Part shown: one piece after another, positions 37,601-47,695 of the stretch
Numbering within the stretch: the stretch's first letter is position 1
How the letters are laid out: each line of letters starts with the position of its first letter
Assembly: GCF_018977255.1 (NCBI RefSeq)
Contig: NW_024704742.1
Span: 68,078,001 to 68,142,000, forward strand
DNA length: 64,000 nt
Direction of reading: 5' to 3'
Source of the DNA: Callorhinchus milii
Taxonomy: Eukaryota
Notes under the pieces: generated by a model
Database searches by the model: none
What the model was told of the DNA's origin: nothing
What the model saw: the letters and a program-made list of their open reading frames with translations, nothing else
Made by a program: the position numbers and the translations under genes

Positions 37601-40600
37601 TGAATCACTTTGGCCAAAGGTTGGTGTGTTTTACACAATGCCAGTAACTTAAGAGACCAAGACGATTAGAAGCCACTGCCTGCATGATAGAGGTTTACTG
37701 CACATCTCTGCCAAGTGAGTAGGAGAGGTGCTTCAAAGACTATTGCGAATGGGTGGGAGGGTGTTTTATATCTGAACACTACAGTGCTTGGGTAGCTATG
37801 ACAAGACTGCAGTTTCCTATGAAAATGAGGAAAGACCCTTGTGGCTGGTGTTGTTGCAGTTATTACTCATTTTCTCCAGAGAGGTACTGTACAGTATGAT
37901 GAACTTATGTGAAAATCTGATGGTGAATCCTCCTCACCAATTAACTCATCATATCCTTTGGGGGCGATTGATCGTCATGGTTATGGCTGTTATTGATAAT
38001 TATTTATTAAAGAACATTTAAAACTGTTTCTGAAACTCTTGTTTGGGTGAGAGACCACAAAATTGTGTCAACTCAATTCAAAAACATAAGTGAAAATAAA
38101 ATGCAGTTTCATTTGCTATTTGAATGAGGAAACTATAACTGTATACACTTAGTTATTACAATAGATTAATGTGCTGTACTGTATTGTGATCTTTGTTGTA
38201 CCTTCTGATGAATGGAATTAGAGATAAAATAAATAATTTGGTAACTCAATCCACGACTATTTGTGGGACACTGCTGTGCACAATTGGCTGCCTTTTTTCA
38301 ACCACAAAATATACTGTCAATTCACTTTACAGCGCTTTGAGACATCTCAACATTGTGAAAAGGCACCACAGCAAATGCAGGGCTCGTTGTTATTATTATG
38401 ATTACAGTAGGGGAGTGAGCTCCTGCAGAAATACAAATGACTGCTTTCTTCTGTAAACTACTTATTCTGTGATTCCACTGGGTAAATTTAGAATTAAGAG
38501 ATTAAGAGAATTAGAATGAATTATCTGCTCTTTGTAATTTCCATAATATTTGCACAAAATCTCTGCCTGCAAAGGAAAGTTATAATACTAAATAATCCTT
38601 GCGTTTGACATAGTGCTTTTCACTTCTTCTAGACGTCTCAAAGCGTTTCACAGAATATCCTGTAAAGTGAATTGACTGTATATTTGTGGGCAAAAGCGCG
38701 GCAGCCAATTGCGCACAATAGTGTCCCACAAACAGTCGTGGATTGAAAATGACCAATTTATTATTGTTTTGTTTTTGGAGGGATTATTATTAGGCGTGTG
38801 GAGTAAGGAAACTTGCCCAAGGTTTCGCCCTGTCTGGAATTGAACCCAGGTGTCTCACTTGCAAGGCGAGAGCTCTAACCACTGAGCTACAGGACTCAAA
38901 TCAGTCATATATATCGATGATATCAAATTACCAGATCAATATCCCAAATGAATAGTCATAGTTAGGGATATATCCACTTTACCTTGTATCATCTTGGATC
39001 TATTTTTGCATTGACTGCAGATAGAGAGGGAGGGGAATTAGCTACAGGTATAACAATTGATGTCTGAAATGTTGACAAAGCAGGTGCTCCAAATCAGGTC
39101 TTCAGTCAACAACAATAAATGACATTTGTATAGCGCCTTTCACGTCGAGAGATCATTCCAAAACATTGGACGGTCAAGGATTTGCACCCGAGCTGGGGGT
39201 AGGGATCAGGAAGGGTGGAGGGCAGGGAGGGAACGGGTAGGAGGGTGACAGAAGGCACGGTCGAAGAGGAAGGTCTTGAGACGGGGCCTTGAAGTTACCT
39301 CAACAAAGTGGAAAAAGATGAATTCACGTGAGCAGAGAGCAGAAGACGATGGACTGTGGCAGCTCCAGCTGTGAGAACTGAATTCCATGGGCTGGTCACG
39401 CAGTTTTCTTCCTCAGTCCATAGTAGTCAGTTCTTCCGTTTGGCTGCTTGATTCTCCAGCAACTTGTTTGGGTGTTTGTTCAGGTTCAACAAATCCTCAC
39501 AATCTGAGCATTTCTTCAACTCCTCCCCACCCTTCCCAGCCCTTAATGATGTTTTATGTTAAGGCGCCTGGTTGGTATGAACTGAAATAAAGTAAAGTAT
39601 CCTGGGTCTTAACATAACTCTGGCCACCCTGTCCAGATAGACATCTAGATGAAAATTTAATGAGCAAATAAAAAAATTAAAAGCAGAACCTGTACCTCTC
39701 AATCCAGCGGGTTTTGGTCATTCAATCTACAACTGCTTGTGGGAAGTGTACGCAATTGGCTGACGCATTGTGTCCACAAAATACACAGTGAATTCACTTT
39801 ACAATATGTTCTGTGAAGCACTTTGAGATGTCTCAATGATGTGATAAGTCGCTATATCAAATGCAAGGAGTATTGTAAGGGCTATGCATGATTTGGGTAA
39901 GATTATATTACTTTGAGGGGATCACACTATGACTTAAACATGAAAGAGTTTCAGCCACAAAAAAATGCATTGATTGTAACCTATAATAGCTTCAGTGATG
40001 ATCCATTAAATTAACCACCAAGGATTTGTTCTCAGGAGCTTTGCTTCAACACCAGCAAAGTACAGCGAGAGTTCCTGTTTCATTGTGTCTTGCTTGTAAA
40101 TTGTTGGGATTGTAATTGGTTTTGTTGTGTAACAAGTTGAAGCCTGTGACCACCACCATTGTGTCTTCTCAGAGTACCAAGGTTGTTCTTTTGGAGGACC
40201 TGGGCTCTCATTTTGGGTTGAAGACGCAGGTAAGATGGGGAAAAACCGATACCCTTTAATCACGTTTGTTTCTCGTGCCCTCCATTCCACCCTCAGCAGC
40301 CGGGTTTTCAGCTACTACGTCCCAAAACTCTGGAATACTCCCCCTCAATCCATTCGTATTGCTCCCTCCTTCCCCATCTTCAAGTCCTGCCTGAATGTGC
40401 TTACGGTCATCTCCCCCACCCCCTGCTCGGTGTCAGGCTCTTCCACTGTTAAGCACTGAGGTGCAACTCTGCGCTCAGAGAGGTGCTATATAAATGTAAG
40501 TTGTTATCTCCTATTATAAGTTTCAAATGAAAAAATTGTCCATTGTTCCCTCCTTCCCTCCCTCGTTTCTCTCTAACTGAGGCAGTGAGGTGTTGGAATT

Positions 40601-42132
40601 GACCTTGTTGCTCCTGATTTATGGAGTGGGAAAAGGCATTGAGGATTCCCTGGGGGTACCATTCTGTGATACTCTCGCCAGTGGTCAGAAGGTTGTGGAT
40701 TCAAGTCCCATATTGAGACTTCAACTCATGCACTAGGTTGACATTCCAGTGCAATACAGGGGGGACACGGCATTGTGGAAGATGTTGTCTAGCCGAGGTC
40801 CTGTTGACAACTGTTCTTTGGGGAGATGTTAAAATATCCCATGAGATTATTCAAAAATAAGATGTGGCCAAAAATCCTCCAAACTAATAGGTCTTTCACG
40901 CCATAGCTGTTTGTGTACTTTGCTACTGCAAATGCCTGCCACGTGTGTTTCCAAAAACAGTCACCAGTAGTTACCCGTAAAGCACTTTGAGGCATTTCAA
41001 TTTGGTAAGGCCCTGTAACAATGCAAGTTCTTTGATTATTTCCTTTCTCTGCTCTGCTTTCTCTGCACTTGTGTGATATTAGTAGCACATGTTTGGGCTT
41101 GTCTGTAGTCCCCTTTCCTAATCGTAGAATAACTGCTCGAATAAGCTGCTGGAATCCCCCAACACCTGTGGAATCCATCTTGACATGAGCCGTCTTCAGG
41201 AGGGAAGAAGAGACAATTCGAGAGAAAACAAATTGATCGGCTGACTTTATTTTTATTTTTTAGGATGCCATTAATAGGCTCCAAGATCTGATTGCTGAGG
41301 GGACTGTGACAGGTATGTAGTTTTTGTAATTTGTCGGAAAGTGAAACTTGTCATTTGGATGTTTAATCCACCCAAATGTGGTGATAGTGGAGCCTTAAAG
41401 GGGAAGTTGTTCATTGTTCTCGATCAGTGTAGAACACACTCTCAGGAGACTGATTATTAACTTTTTTAAACCAGACATTCACTTTTTTAATCTTTTAATA
41501 AAAACCTTGACTTCCATTTGCTGTATTTTTTTAAAAATTGCAATCAAGACACTGGCTATCTTGCAGGATGAGACTTTAAACCGAGGCCTGGCTTCCTGTT
41601 CAGGTGCACATTAAAGATCCAACGGCACTATTCAAAAAGAGAAGAGAGTTTCTCCTGGTGTCCTGGCCAACAATCTCTCAAATAAAATTGGTCACTCACT
41701 CCATGGCTAGTGTGGGACATTACTATTTGCAAATTGCGCTGCTGTGTTTATACACAGTCGATCCACTTTACAGAATATCCTGTGAAGCGCTTTGAGATGT
41801 CTCGATGACGTGATGAGGCGCTATATCAGATGTAAGGATTATTATTCTGGTTTAAGATGGATCGCTACCCCGTGTGAAGTGTGCTATATAAATGCCAGTT
41901 GTTCTTGACTAATGTTGGCAATTCCTTTAAATCATGTCTTGCAGGCGTACTGGACGACCGAGGAAAGTTCATCTACATCACTCCACAGGAGCTTGAAGCC
42001 GTGGCTCAGTTCATCAGGTTTCAAGGGCGAGTCTCCATCGTAGAACTGGCACGAGTCAGCAACTCCCTAATCAACCTTAACCCTGCCACAAACGCTGCTC
42101 CGGAAAATGTAGCCCAACATTCACTCTCTTAA
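7515..42132 (+). CDS. DDRGK1: DDRGK domain-containing protein 1 (UFBP1), complete 9-exon CDS, 912 nt / 303 aa; join 7515-7602,20718-20870,25296-25408,26435-26536,32373-32495,34687-34725,40173-40229,41264-41312,41945-42132
   Basis: N-terminal signal anchor, [11 protein letters not shown] motif, charged coiled coil, [10 protein letters not shown] and the [13 protein letters not shown] signature. All introns are GT-AG with compatible phases, and exon lengths sum to a multiple of 3 ending at TAA. Confidence 0.97.
7797..7806. promoter_or_regulatory. Perfect CLEAR/extended E-box palindrome GTCACGTGAC at the start of DDRGK1 intron 1
   Basis: Exact 10-bp motif, GC box about 15 nt downstream, inside the CpG island. 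Confidence 0.55.
7893..8577 (-). mobile_element. L2 LINE fragment in DDRGK1 intron 1
   Basis: [12 protein letters not shown] and [14 protein letters not shown] peptides. Confidence 0.9.
11275..11636 (+). mobile_element. tRNA-derived SINE with L2-type tail and (TTA)n
   Basis: A/B-box head, body shared with many copies in the window. Confidence 0.88.
11761..11868. repeat. 18-bp minisatellite GGAGTGTAGGGTGCGCTG x6
   Basis: Six tandem units, one with a single substitution. Confidence 0.95.
12001..12976 (-). mobile_element. Non-autonomous Helitron containing a minisatellite
   Basis: Minus strand starts TCTATACTAATAAAAA and ends with hairpin TTGCAAGC-GAA-GCTGCAA, then GGGTACAGCTAC|T (CTAG-like). 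Second copy at about 27660-27994. Confidence 0.7.
12111..12637. repeat. 15/16-bp minisatellite (GGGAGGACTCCTTGTT / GGGAGGACTAGTGTT)
   Basis: Roughly 30 tandem units of two interspersed variants. Confidence 0.95.
13830..14150 (-). mobile_element. Deu-domain SINE (AmnSINE1/SacSINE-like)
   Basis: gaatagtaccatgggatctttaa...gtttaatgtctcgtctgaagatggcacctc, shared with 8770-9030, 49680-50090 and 51400-51805. Confidence 0.7.
16397..16733 (+). mobile_element. tRNA-derived SINE
   Basis: tRNA-like head with GGTTCGATTCC B box, family body, (TTA)n tail. Confidence 0.88.
18161..18630 (-). mobile_element. CR1 LINE 3' fragment, apparently inserted into an older SINE
   Basis: TRGHRF and [12 protein letters not shown] peptides; CR1 3' end catagaatcttacagcacagaaggaggccattcggccc. 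Confidence 0.85.
19814..19980 (+). mobile_element. Penelope-like terminal-repeat relic with a degenerate minimal hammerhead ribozyme
   Basis: CTGACG(A/T)...GGTC gtg GACCC GAAACGTT followed by gctgcctgacctgctgagt...tccagcatctgcagt. Confidence 0.55.
20311..20650 (+). mobile_element. tRNA-derived SINE just upstream of DDRGK1 exon 2
   Basis: Family head, body and tail. Confidence 0.85.
20718..20870 (+). CDS. DDRGK1: DDRGK1 exon 2 (DRDQQQ...[25 protein letters not shown])
   Basis: ttttctcctttccccag acceptor, AAG|GTAAT donor, 153 nt, phase 1-1, open frame. Confidence 0.9.
21510..21824 (+). mobile_element. tRNA-derived SINE, young short subfamily
   Basis: Nearly identical to 56652-56969. Confidence 0.92.
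25296..25408 (+). CDS. DDRGK1: DDRGK1 exon 3 (...[22 protein letters not shown])
   Basis: Conserved KIGAKK motif; 113 nt, phase 1-0; tag acceptor, weak GTTAAA donor. Confidence 0.92.
25590..25795 (+). repeat. Unclassified interspersed repeat (copies at about 43945-44127 + and 61812-62005 -)
   Basis: Shared catgtggaaaccc...agagtatccaaac...ttggaatggaatgcgcactctc...tacctaattccagaaagtattag. Confidence 0.75.
26435..26536 (+). CDS. DDRGK1: DDRGK1 exon 4 ([13 protein letters not shown]...QEQKK)
   Basis: cctgcag acceptor, AAG|GTGAGA donor, 102 nt, phase 0-0. Confidence 0.94.
27660..27994 (-). mobile_element. Second non-autonomous Helitron copy (5' part)
   Basis: A|TCTATACTAATAAAA 5' end on the minus strand; colinear with 12700-12976. 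Confidence 0.65.
32373..32495 (+). CDS. DDRGK1: DDRGK1 exon 5 (EEELRK...[17 protein letters not shown]...EHE)
   Basis: Conserved EEYLxLKExF motif; 123 nt, phase 0-0; GAG|GTAAC donor. Confidence 0.95.
33639..33905. mobile_element. tRNA-SINE with inverted 5' portion
   Basis: 33639-33857 is antisense body and head; 33858-33905 is the sense 3' tail. Confidence 0.75.
34687..34725 (+). CDS. DDRGK1: DDRGK1 exon 6 ([13 protein letters not shown])
   Basis: Long pyrimidine tract ending in cacag, AAG|GTATG donor, 39 nt; conserved LxEFIxYIK. Confidence 0.94.
36580..37445 (-). mobile_element. 5'-truncated L2 LINE, inserted into a SINE
   Basis: [17 protein letters not shown] and [15 protein letters not shown] peptides; tail at about 36580; SINE head precedes and SINE body resumes near 37470. 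Confidence 0.92.
38591..38897 (-). mobile_element. tRNA-derived SINE, young short subfamily
   Basis: Reverse complement closely matches 21510-21824. Confidence 0.9.
40173..40229 (+). CDS. DDRGK1: DDRGK1 exon 7 ([19 protein letters not shown])
   Basis: Conserved KVVLLEDL; 57 nt; CAG|GTAAG donor. Confidence 0.95.
41264..41312 (+). CDS. DDRGK1: DDRGK1 exon 8 ([16 protein letters not shown])
   Basis: tttttag acceptor, CAG|GTATG donor, 49 nt, phase 0-1. Confidence 0.95.
41945..42132 (+). CDS. DDRGK1: DDRGK1 exon 9, terminal ([45 protein letters not shown]...stop)
   Basis: DDRGK signature; cttgcag acceptor, phase 1; TAA at 42130-42132. Confidence 0.97.
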
Positions 42133-42175
42133 TTCAATGAAACTGAAGTTAAAAGCTACATATTTTGCATTGCAG

Positions 42176-42181
42176 AATAAA
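42176..42181 (+). terminator. Polyadenylation signal of DDRGK1 (AATAAA followed by a GU/U-rich tract)
   Basis: AATAAA 43 nt after the stop codon, followed by tttgtgtgg...tgtggtttttgttt. Confidence 0.7.
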
Positions 42182-42881
42182 CACAGTTGGCTCTAGTATT
42201 TGTGTGGGGGAAATATTTGTGGTTTTTGTTTCCTGCTTGAAGGGTGCTATATAAATGCAAGTTGTTGTAGTGTCTTGTGGAAGCCTAATCAATCCACCAA
42301 GAAACAAAATATTGGGATAATGAGGCTCCTAAAGCAGAATTTTAGCTCAAATTTCTCATAGTCATCACTGAGGTTGGATGAATCACTAACTATCCTAAAA
42401 TGCTTTTGTGAATTGTTGAACTAAGTTTTTATCTTTGATAAATGGAAGACCATTCATAAACAGCCTTCATTATTTACTATGGCACTGCGACTGCTTTGTG
42501 AGCTTGTTGTGTTACATAAAGTTATACAGAATGATATGGCATGCAAACAGGTCATTCAGCACAACTGGTCTGTACCAGTGTTTATACTCCACAAGAGTCT
42601 CCATCACTTCCATTTCCCTCATCTATACCCCTCTATTCCCTTCTCCCTCTTACAACAAACTCCTGACAACTCGTTGCTCCAACCAAGGGAAAAGGGCTCA
42701 GTTATCCAGAATGGTGAGTTAGGCATATGTGTAAATAATACATAAATAAATGCATCGGGATATTGACAACATTATGACTTGTGGTGCTGACAAGTTAAGC
42801 CAGGGTTTATCAAGAGTTTATTGTATTTGCATCAAGTTTTCTCTAAGTACATTCATGCTATTTGCTTCTATACATTTCTAT

Positions 42882-43270
42882 ATGGAGTCCTGCAGCATAT
42901 TGGTTAGAGCACTCGCCTTACAAGTGAGAGCTGAGAGGACATGGGTTTGTTTCCCGGGGGTGGGGTGGGGGGCAAACGTTAGGCAAGTTACCTTACTGCA
43001 CACTCCTCCGTTTACCTAGCGGTAAGTATGAATCCAGTTCTTCCCAGATTGGCGGATTGCTTTTCCGAGGGTAATAATCCCTTTTAAAAATAAATAACAT
43101 AACTTGGTCACTCAATTGATGACTGTTTGTGGGACACTACTGTGTGCAATTGTCTGCCGCATTTTGCCCACAAATATGCAGTCAATCCACTTTATGATAT
43201 ATTCTGTGAAGCACTTTAATACATCTCAACAATGTGATAACGAGCTATATGAAATGCAAGGATTATTAGT
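42882..43270 (+). mobile_element. tRNA-derived SINE
   Basis: Family head, body and tail. Confidence 0.82.
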
Positions 43271-43473
43271 ATCATTATTCCCTGAAATGCTCTTCCTCTC
43301 TTGGCTTACTTCCTCTCTTGGTAACTTCAAAACCCACTTAAAATATAACTTTTCCACCGTACACTTGGTGACCTTCCCCAGCTCTCAACCTCACTTCTCT
43401 CAGTGCTCCCCATTAACAGTGGTGCTTCAAGGCATTCATCCTTTATGAACGGTGTGATAGAAGTGCAAGTTGT

Positions 43474-43498
43474 NNNNNNNNNNNNNNNNNNNNNNNNN
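43474..43498. other. Assembly gap (25 N)
   Basis: Run of N; also a single N at 25027. Confidence 0.99.
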
Positions 43499-46400
43499 TG
43501 CCCCCATCCCCCAGTCACTCTGCCTCACCCCCCCTTAGCCTCCTTCAAGTCCCACCTCAAGACCCTCCTCTTCGACCATGCCATGGGTCACCCCCCCTTC
43601 CCCTCCCCTCCCCCTCCCTGACCCCAGCTCGTGTCTGAAATGCTGTACACTGTCCAGCGCCTTGGGACGTCCTCCGGACGTGAAAGGCGCTATACAAATG
43701 TAATCTTGTTGTTGTTGTAGTGAGATAGACCGGTTGCAGACCCCTGGCCTAGATCATGTACTCAAATCTGGGCGAGGGTGAGAACCAACATTCCCCTGAG
43801 ACAGAAGAGCGAAGAGTTTACCAAACCTGGGGAACCAGAGAAAGTATATGTTCATTTGCTAAATTTTTTAAAAAAGAAAATTAATTGTCTAAGGCTGCAG
43901 TAGATCTGCAACCACTGGCTGCAGCAGTCATCAATTTTTTTGGTCAGCCACTCATTCTGATACATGTGGAAACCCATCACCATGCTGAAGAGTATCCAAA
44001 CCAAACTTGAGAATTCCATGCATCCCACCTACACGTGGAAATCCCAGAGACAGATGGTTGGAATGGAATGTGCGCTCTCTCGCTTGCGGGGGAAACATTC
44101 TGTTTACCTAATTCCGGAAAGTATTAGTTGATTTTTTGGGCAAGTCACCTGGCCAGACACATTGGAAAACACATCAACATAAATCTTTGCATTTCTATTG
44201 GAAAATCTAATTTGCATGTAGACATGCAATGGAAAGGACACAATTGTGATCTTAACAGGTTTTTATTCCCATCAGTAACTTATACAAAATGAAATGTGAT
44301 CTCAGCTCAAGCTTTGTATTGTGACCTTCAAATCCCTTTGTGATCTCCCCCTCCTGCTCACCCATCCACTAACCCTCTTGCTCATGCCTCGGCAACCTCT
44401 GATTCTGGTCTACTGTTGTGAAGTCCCGTGGCATAGGGGTTAGCGTGCTCGCCTTGCAAGTGGTTTGCTTTGATTGGTAATAATCCCTCTGAAGAAAATG
44501 TGGTATGGATAGCTCTTTAAAGAGCCGGCACAGACACGATGGGCCGAATGGCCTCCTTCTGTGCTGTAGGATTCTATGATTCCATGAAACAAAAGTGTAG
44601 TTTTAATCCATTACATTAAGGCTTTTTGGCTGTTTGAGCATTTCCATAGATACATCATTTTACTTTCTAATTTTCTCCGGTACCTTGTTATCAGTTGTCC
44701 TCAGGTACCAACCTTCCTCCAGTACTTATGCTCAAGTGACCAAATGTAATGTGTGAGTCTTATCAGCAAGTATCAATAGGCTACAACACTCCCCACTCCC
44801 CCAACTCCCTCCCCAACCCCCACCCACTGCCCCCCTCCCCCACCCCCTCCCCACCCCCTCCCTCAACTTCCTGCCCCCTAACCCCCCCCCCTCCCCTCTA
44901 GGAAGTGTTCACATGTGTTATTGCTCAAGTTGCATTATTTGGGTGACTCGGGATTTGGGTCCTTTTTATGTTTCTTTTGTCTCCACTTTCCAAAGGAAAA
45001 AAATATCCATTTCCTGCCCCCCCCACCCCCCCCCACCCCCCCCCTCAACCTCCCCCCCCAACAATTCAACCCTCCCCCCCCCCCCATAGACAATTGGCCC
45101 CTCACTCACTTCATGGCTGTTTGTGGGACAACAACAGCAGCAATGAATTACAGTTGTATAGTGCCTTTCACATCCCAGGACTGGCGAATGTTGCAATCCA
45201 TCCCAGGCAGAGGTCTTTGGACCTGAGCTGGGAGTTGGGGTCAGGAGTGGTGGAGGGTGGGGGTCGGGGGTCGGGGGGTGGCTGAAGGCACGGTCGAAGA
45301 CCAAGGTCTTTAGATGGGACTTGAAGGAGGCGAGAGTGGGGGTGAGGCAGAGGGATTGAGAAATAGTGTATGTGACCATTTTTTCCCCTCTCATTTTGGG
45401 GGTTGGCTGCTGAGTGAATGTTGCAAGCAGACTCCGGGAAGAATTATTAAAAATTATTAAATATTGGATGGGGGGTAAGTAAAGTGTCATCAGTTTATCT
45501 CCCAGGAACGTCTGTGTGCCCCGACCTCCCTTAAAACACACCAGGAAAGCAACACAGTAAACAGTACAGTAAACTCCCAATAATCTCCGTCTTAATTTAA
45601 CAATAATAATAATCCTTGTATTTGATATAGCTCCTTATCACATCGTTGAGACGTCTCAGAGCGCTTCACAGAATGTACTGTGAAATGAAACTGTGTATAT
45701 TTGTGAGCAAAATGCGGCAGGCAGATTTGCACAAATTCATTTTCATGGCTGTTTGTGGGACGGAGTGGCTTACGTGGTGCGTCTGCAGGGCAACGTCTCA
45801 GCACAATTGTGCTCCCGCATTTGCCTACAAATGCACACTCCCATTTCACAGTAAATCCTGTGAAGCACTTTGAGACTTCCTTCCGACATGATCAGGCCCG
45901 ATACCAAATGCAAGGATTATTATTTTTTGATAACCTTTGCTTTCAAGAGTATTGATCATTGTTTATTTGGCAGAACTTTATCCTTAAACTTAGCATAAAC
46001 TATTAGGGGCACATGATCCTGTTTCCAGAGTTCCTTTTCTCAAGTGTTGTCTCTGGTAAAGGACAGTGTTGCCCTTTGTTGACAGACACAGACTGCTTTC
46101 AGAAGCCTAATGGAGATTTAATCTAATACAGATATACAGGGTTTTATGATGTGACCCTTTTGCAAAAAAAAAGCTCAAATCAGATTTAGGTTCATTGAAT
46201 TATCTAAGTTTACAATTAAGAAGTATTATTCATGGTGCCCGCCCCGAGAGGTAACAGAAACATATTCCTGAGAAAATTTACAAGGAGTCTCTTTTTATTT
46301 GTATGAGTAGAGTTTTAGATTTGGAAAGGGGAGGAAAAACTTAAAAGAGTTTAGATTTTTATAGGGCCTAAACATTGATAAGCGCTTCACAATAATTACT

Positions 46401-46687
46401 GTCACGTGCAGTGATTTTATTTTTCTGACAGCAAATATGGAAGGCATTTTACACACACCAAAGTCCTGCAAACAGCCATACAGTGAATGACCAATTTACC
46501 TGGAGGAGTTTTGACCAGGATGCCAGGAGAAATTCAATTCTCTTTTCAATTAGTTTTTGATAACCTTTGCTTTCAAGGGTATTGATCATTGTTTCTTTGG
46601 CAGAACTTTGTCCTTAAACTTAGCATAAACTATTCGGGGCACATGATCCTACTTCAGTTTTCATTTTCTCAAGAGTTGTCTATTAAT

Positions 46688-47430
46688 AAAAATAATAATA
46701 ATCCTTGCATTTGACATAGTGCTTTTCATGTCTTCTAGATGTCTCAAAGCGCTTCACAGAATATACTGTAAAGTGAATTGACTGTATATTTATGCGAGAA
46801 CGCGGCAGCCAATTGCGCACAGCAGTGTCCCACAAACAGTCATGGATTGAAAATGACCAATTTATTTTTGTTTTGGAGGGATTATTATTAAAGCACAGTA
46901 TATACAACAACAACAACTTGAATTTATATAGCGCCCTCCACGCCGGACCGCGACTCAGAGCGCTTCACGATAACGGATCCCGGGGATATTATATTGGCAT
47001 AATACTGATAATCCTCCATTTGATACAGCTCCTTATTACAATGTTGAGATGTCTCAAAGTGCTCCACAAAATATACAACAACAACCAAATGACATTTGTG
47101 TAGCACCTTTCACCTCGGGAGGATGTCACAGTATACTGCAAAGTGAATTGACTGTGTGTTTTGTGGGCGAAACATGGCAGCCAATTGTGCACAGCAGTGT
47201 CCCGCAAACAGTCATGGATTGAGTGACCAAATTATTTTTTTTTAAAAGGGATTATTACCCCCGGAAAAACGATCTGCCAATCGACTAACAACCAGTTCCT
47301 ACTTACTGCTTTGTAAATTAAGAATTGTGAAGTAAGGAAACTTGCCTAAGGTGTTTCCCTGCCCAGGAATTGAATCCGAATCCTCTCGCTTGCAAGTTGA
47401 GTGCTCTAACCAATATGCTACAGGACGCCA
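46688..47430 (-). mobile_element. Cluster of stacked SINE and L2-tail fragments
   Basis: Several antisense SINE tails and one long SINE ending with its tRNA head near 47430. Confidence 0.8.
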
Positions 47431-47530
47431 CACAAAATGGGTTGAAGCTAAATGTATGTAATATCAATTCTCACCTGCTTTACTCATGTATGGTACAGAG
47501 AAACCTATTAAACAAGTTGTTTTTTTGCAG

Positions 47531-47695
47531 ATTCACATTCTGTGCTGAACCCCAAAGGACTGAGCCTTCTTGTGGTGATGGCTTCATGCTGTTATGTTGG
47601 AATATTAACGGGATTTGGAGCTTTCATTCTGAGCTTTTTAGGATCGAGACAAGCCAATCTGTTTAAGATACCGACTGTATTGCATTTTGTAACAG
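47531..47695 (+). CDS. TMEM127-like protein, internal exon (DSHSVLNPKGLSLLVVMASCCYVGILTGFGAFILSFLGSRQANLFKIPTVLHFVT)
   Basis: ttttttgcag acceptor, CAG|GTAAT donor; 165 nt, phase 1-1, matching the middle coding exon of TMEM127. Recalled alignment to [32 protein letters not shown]...KI...HILT. Confidence 0.8.
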
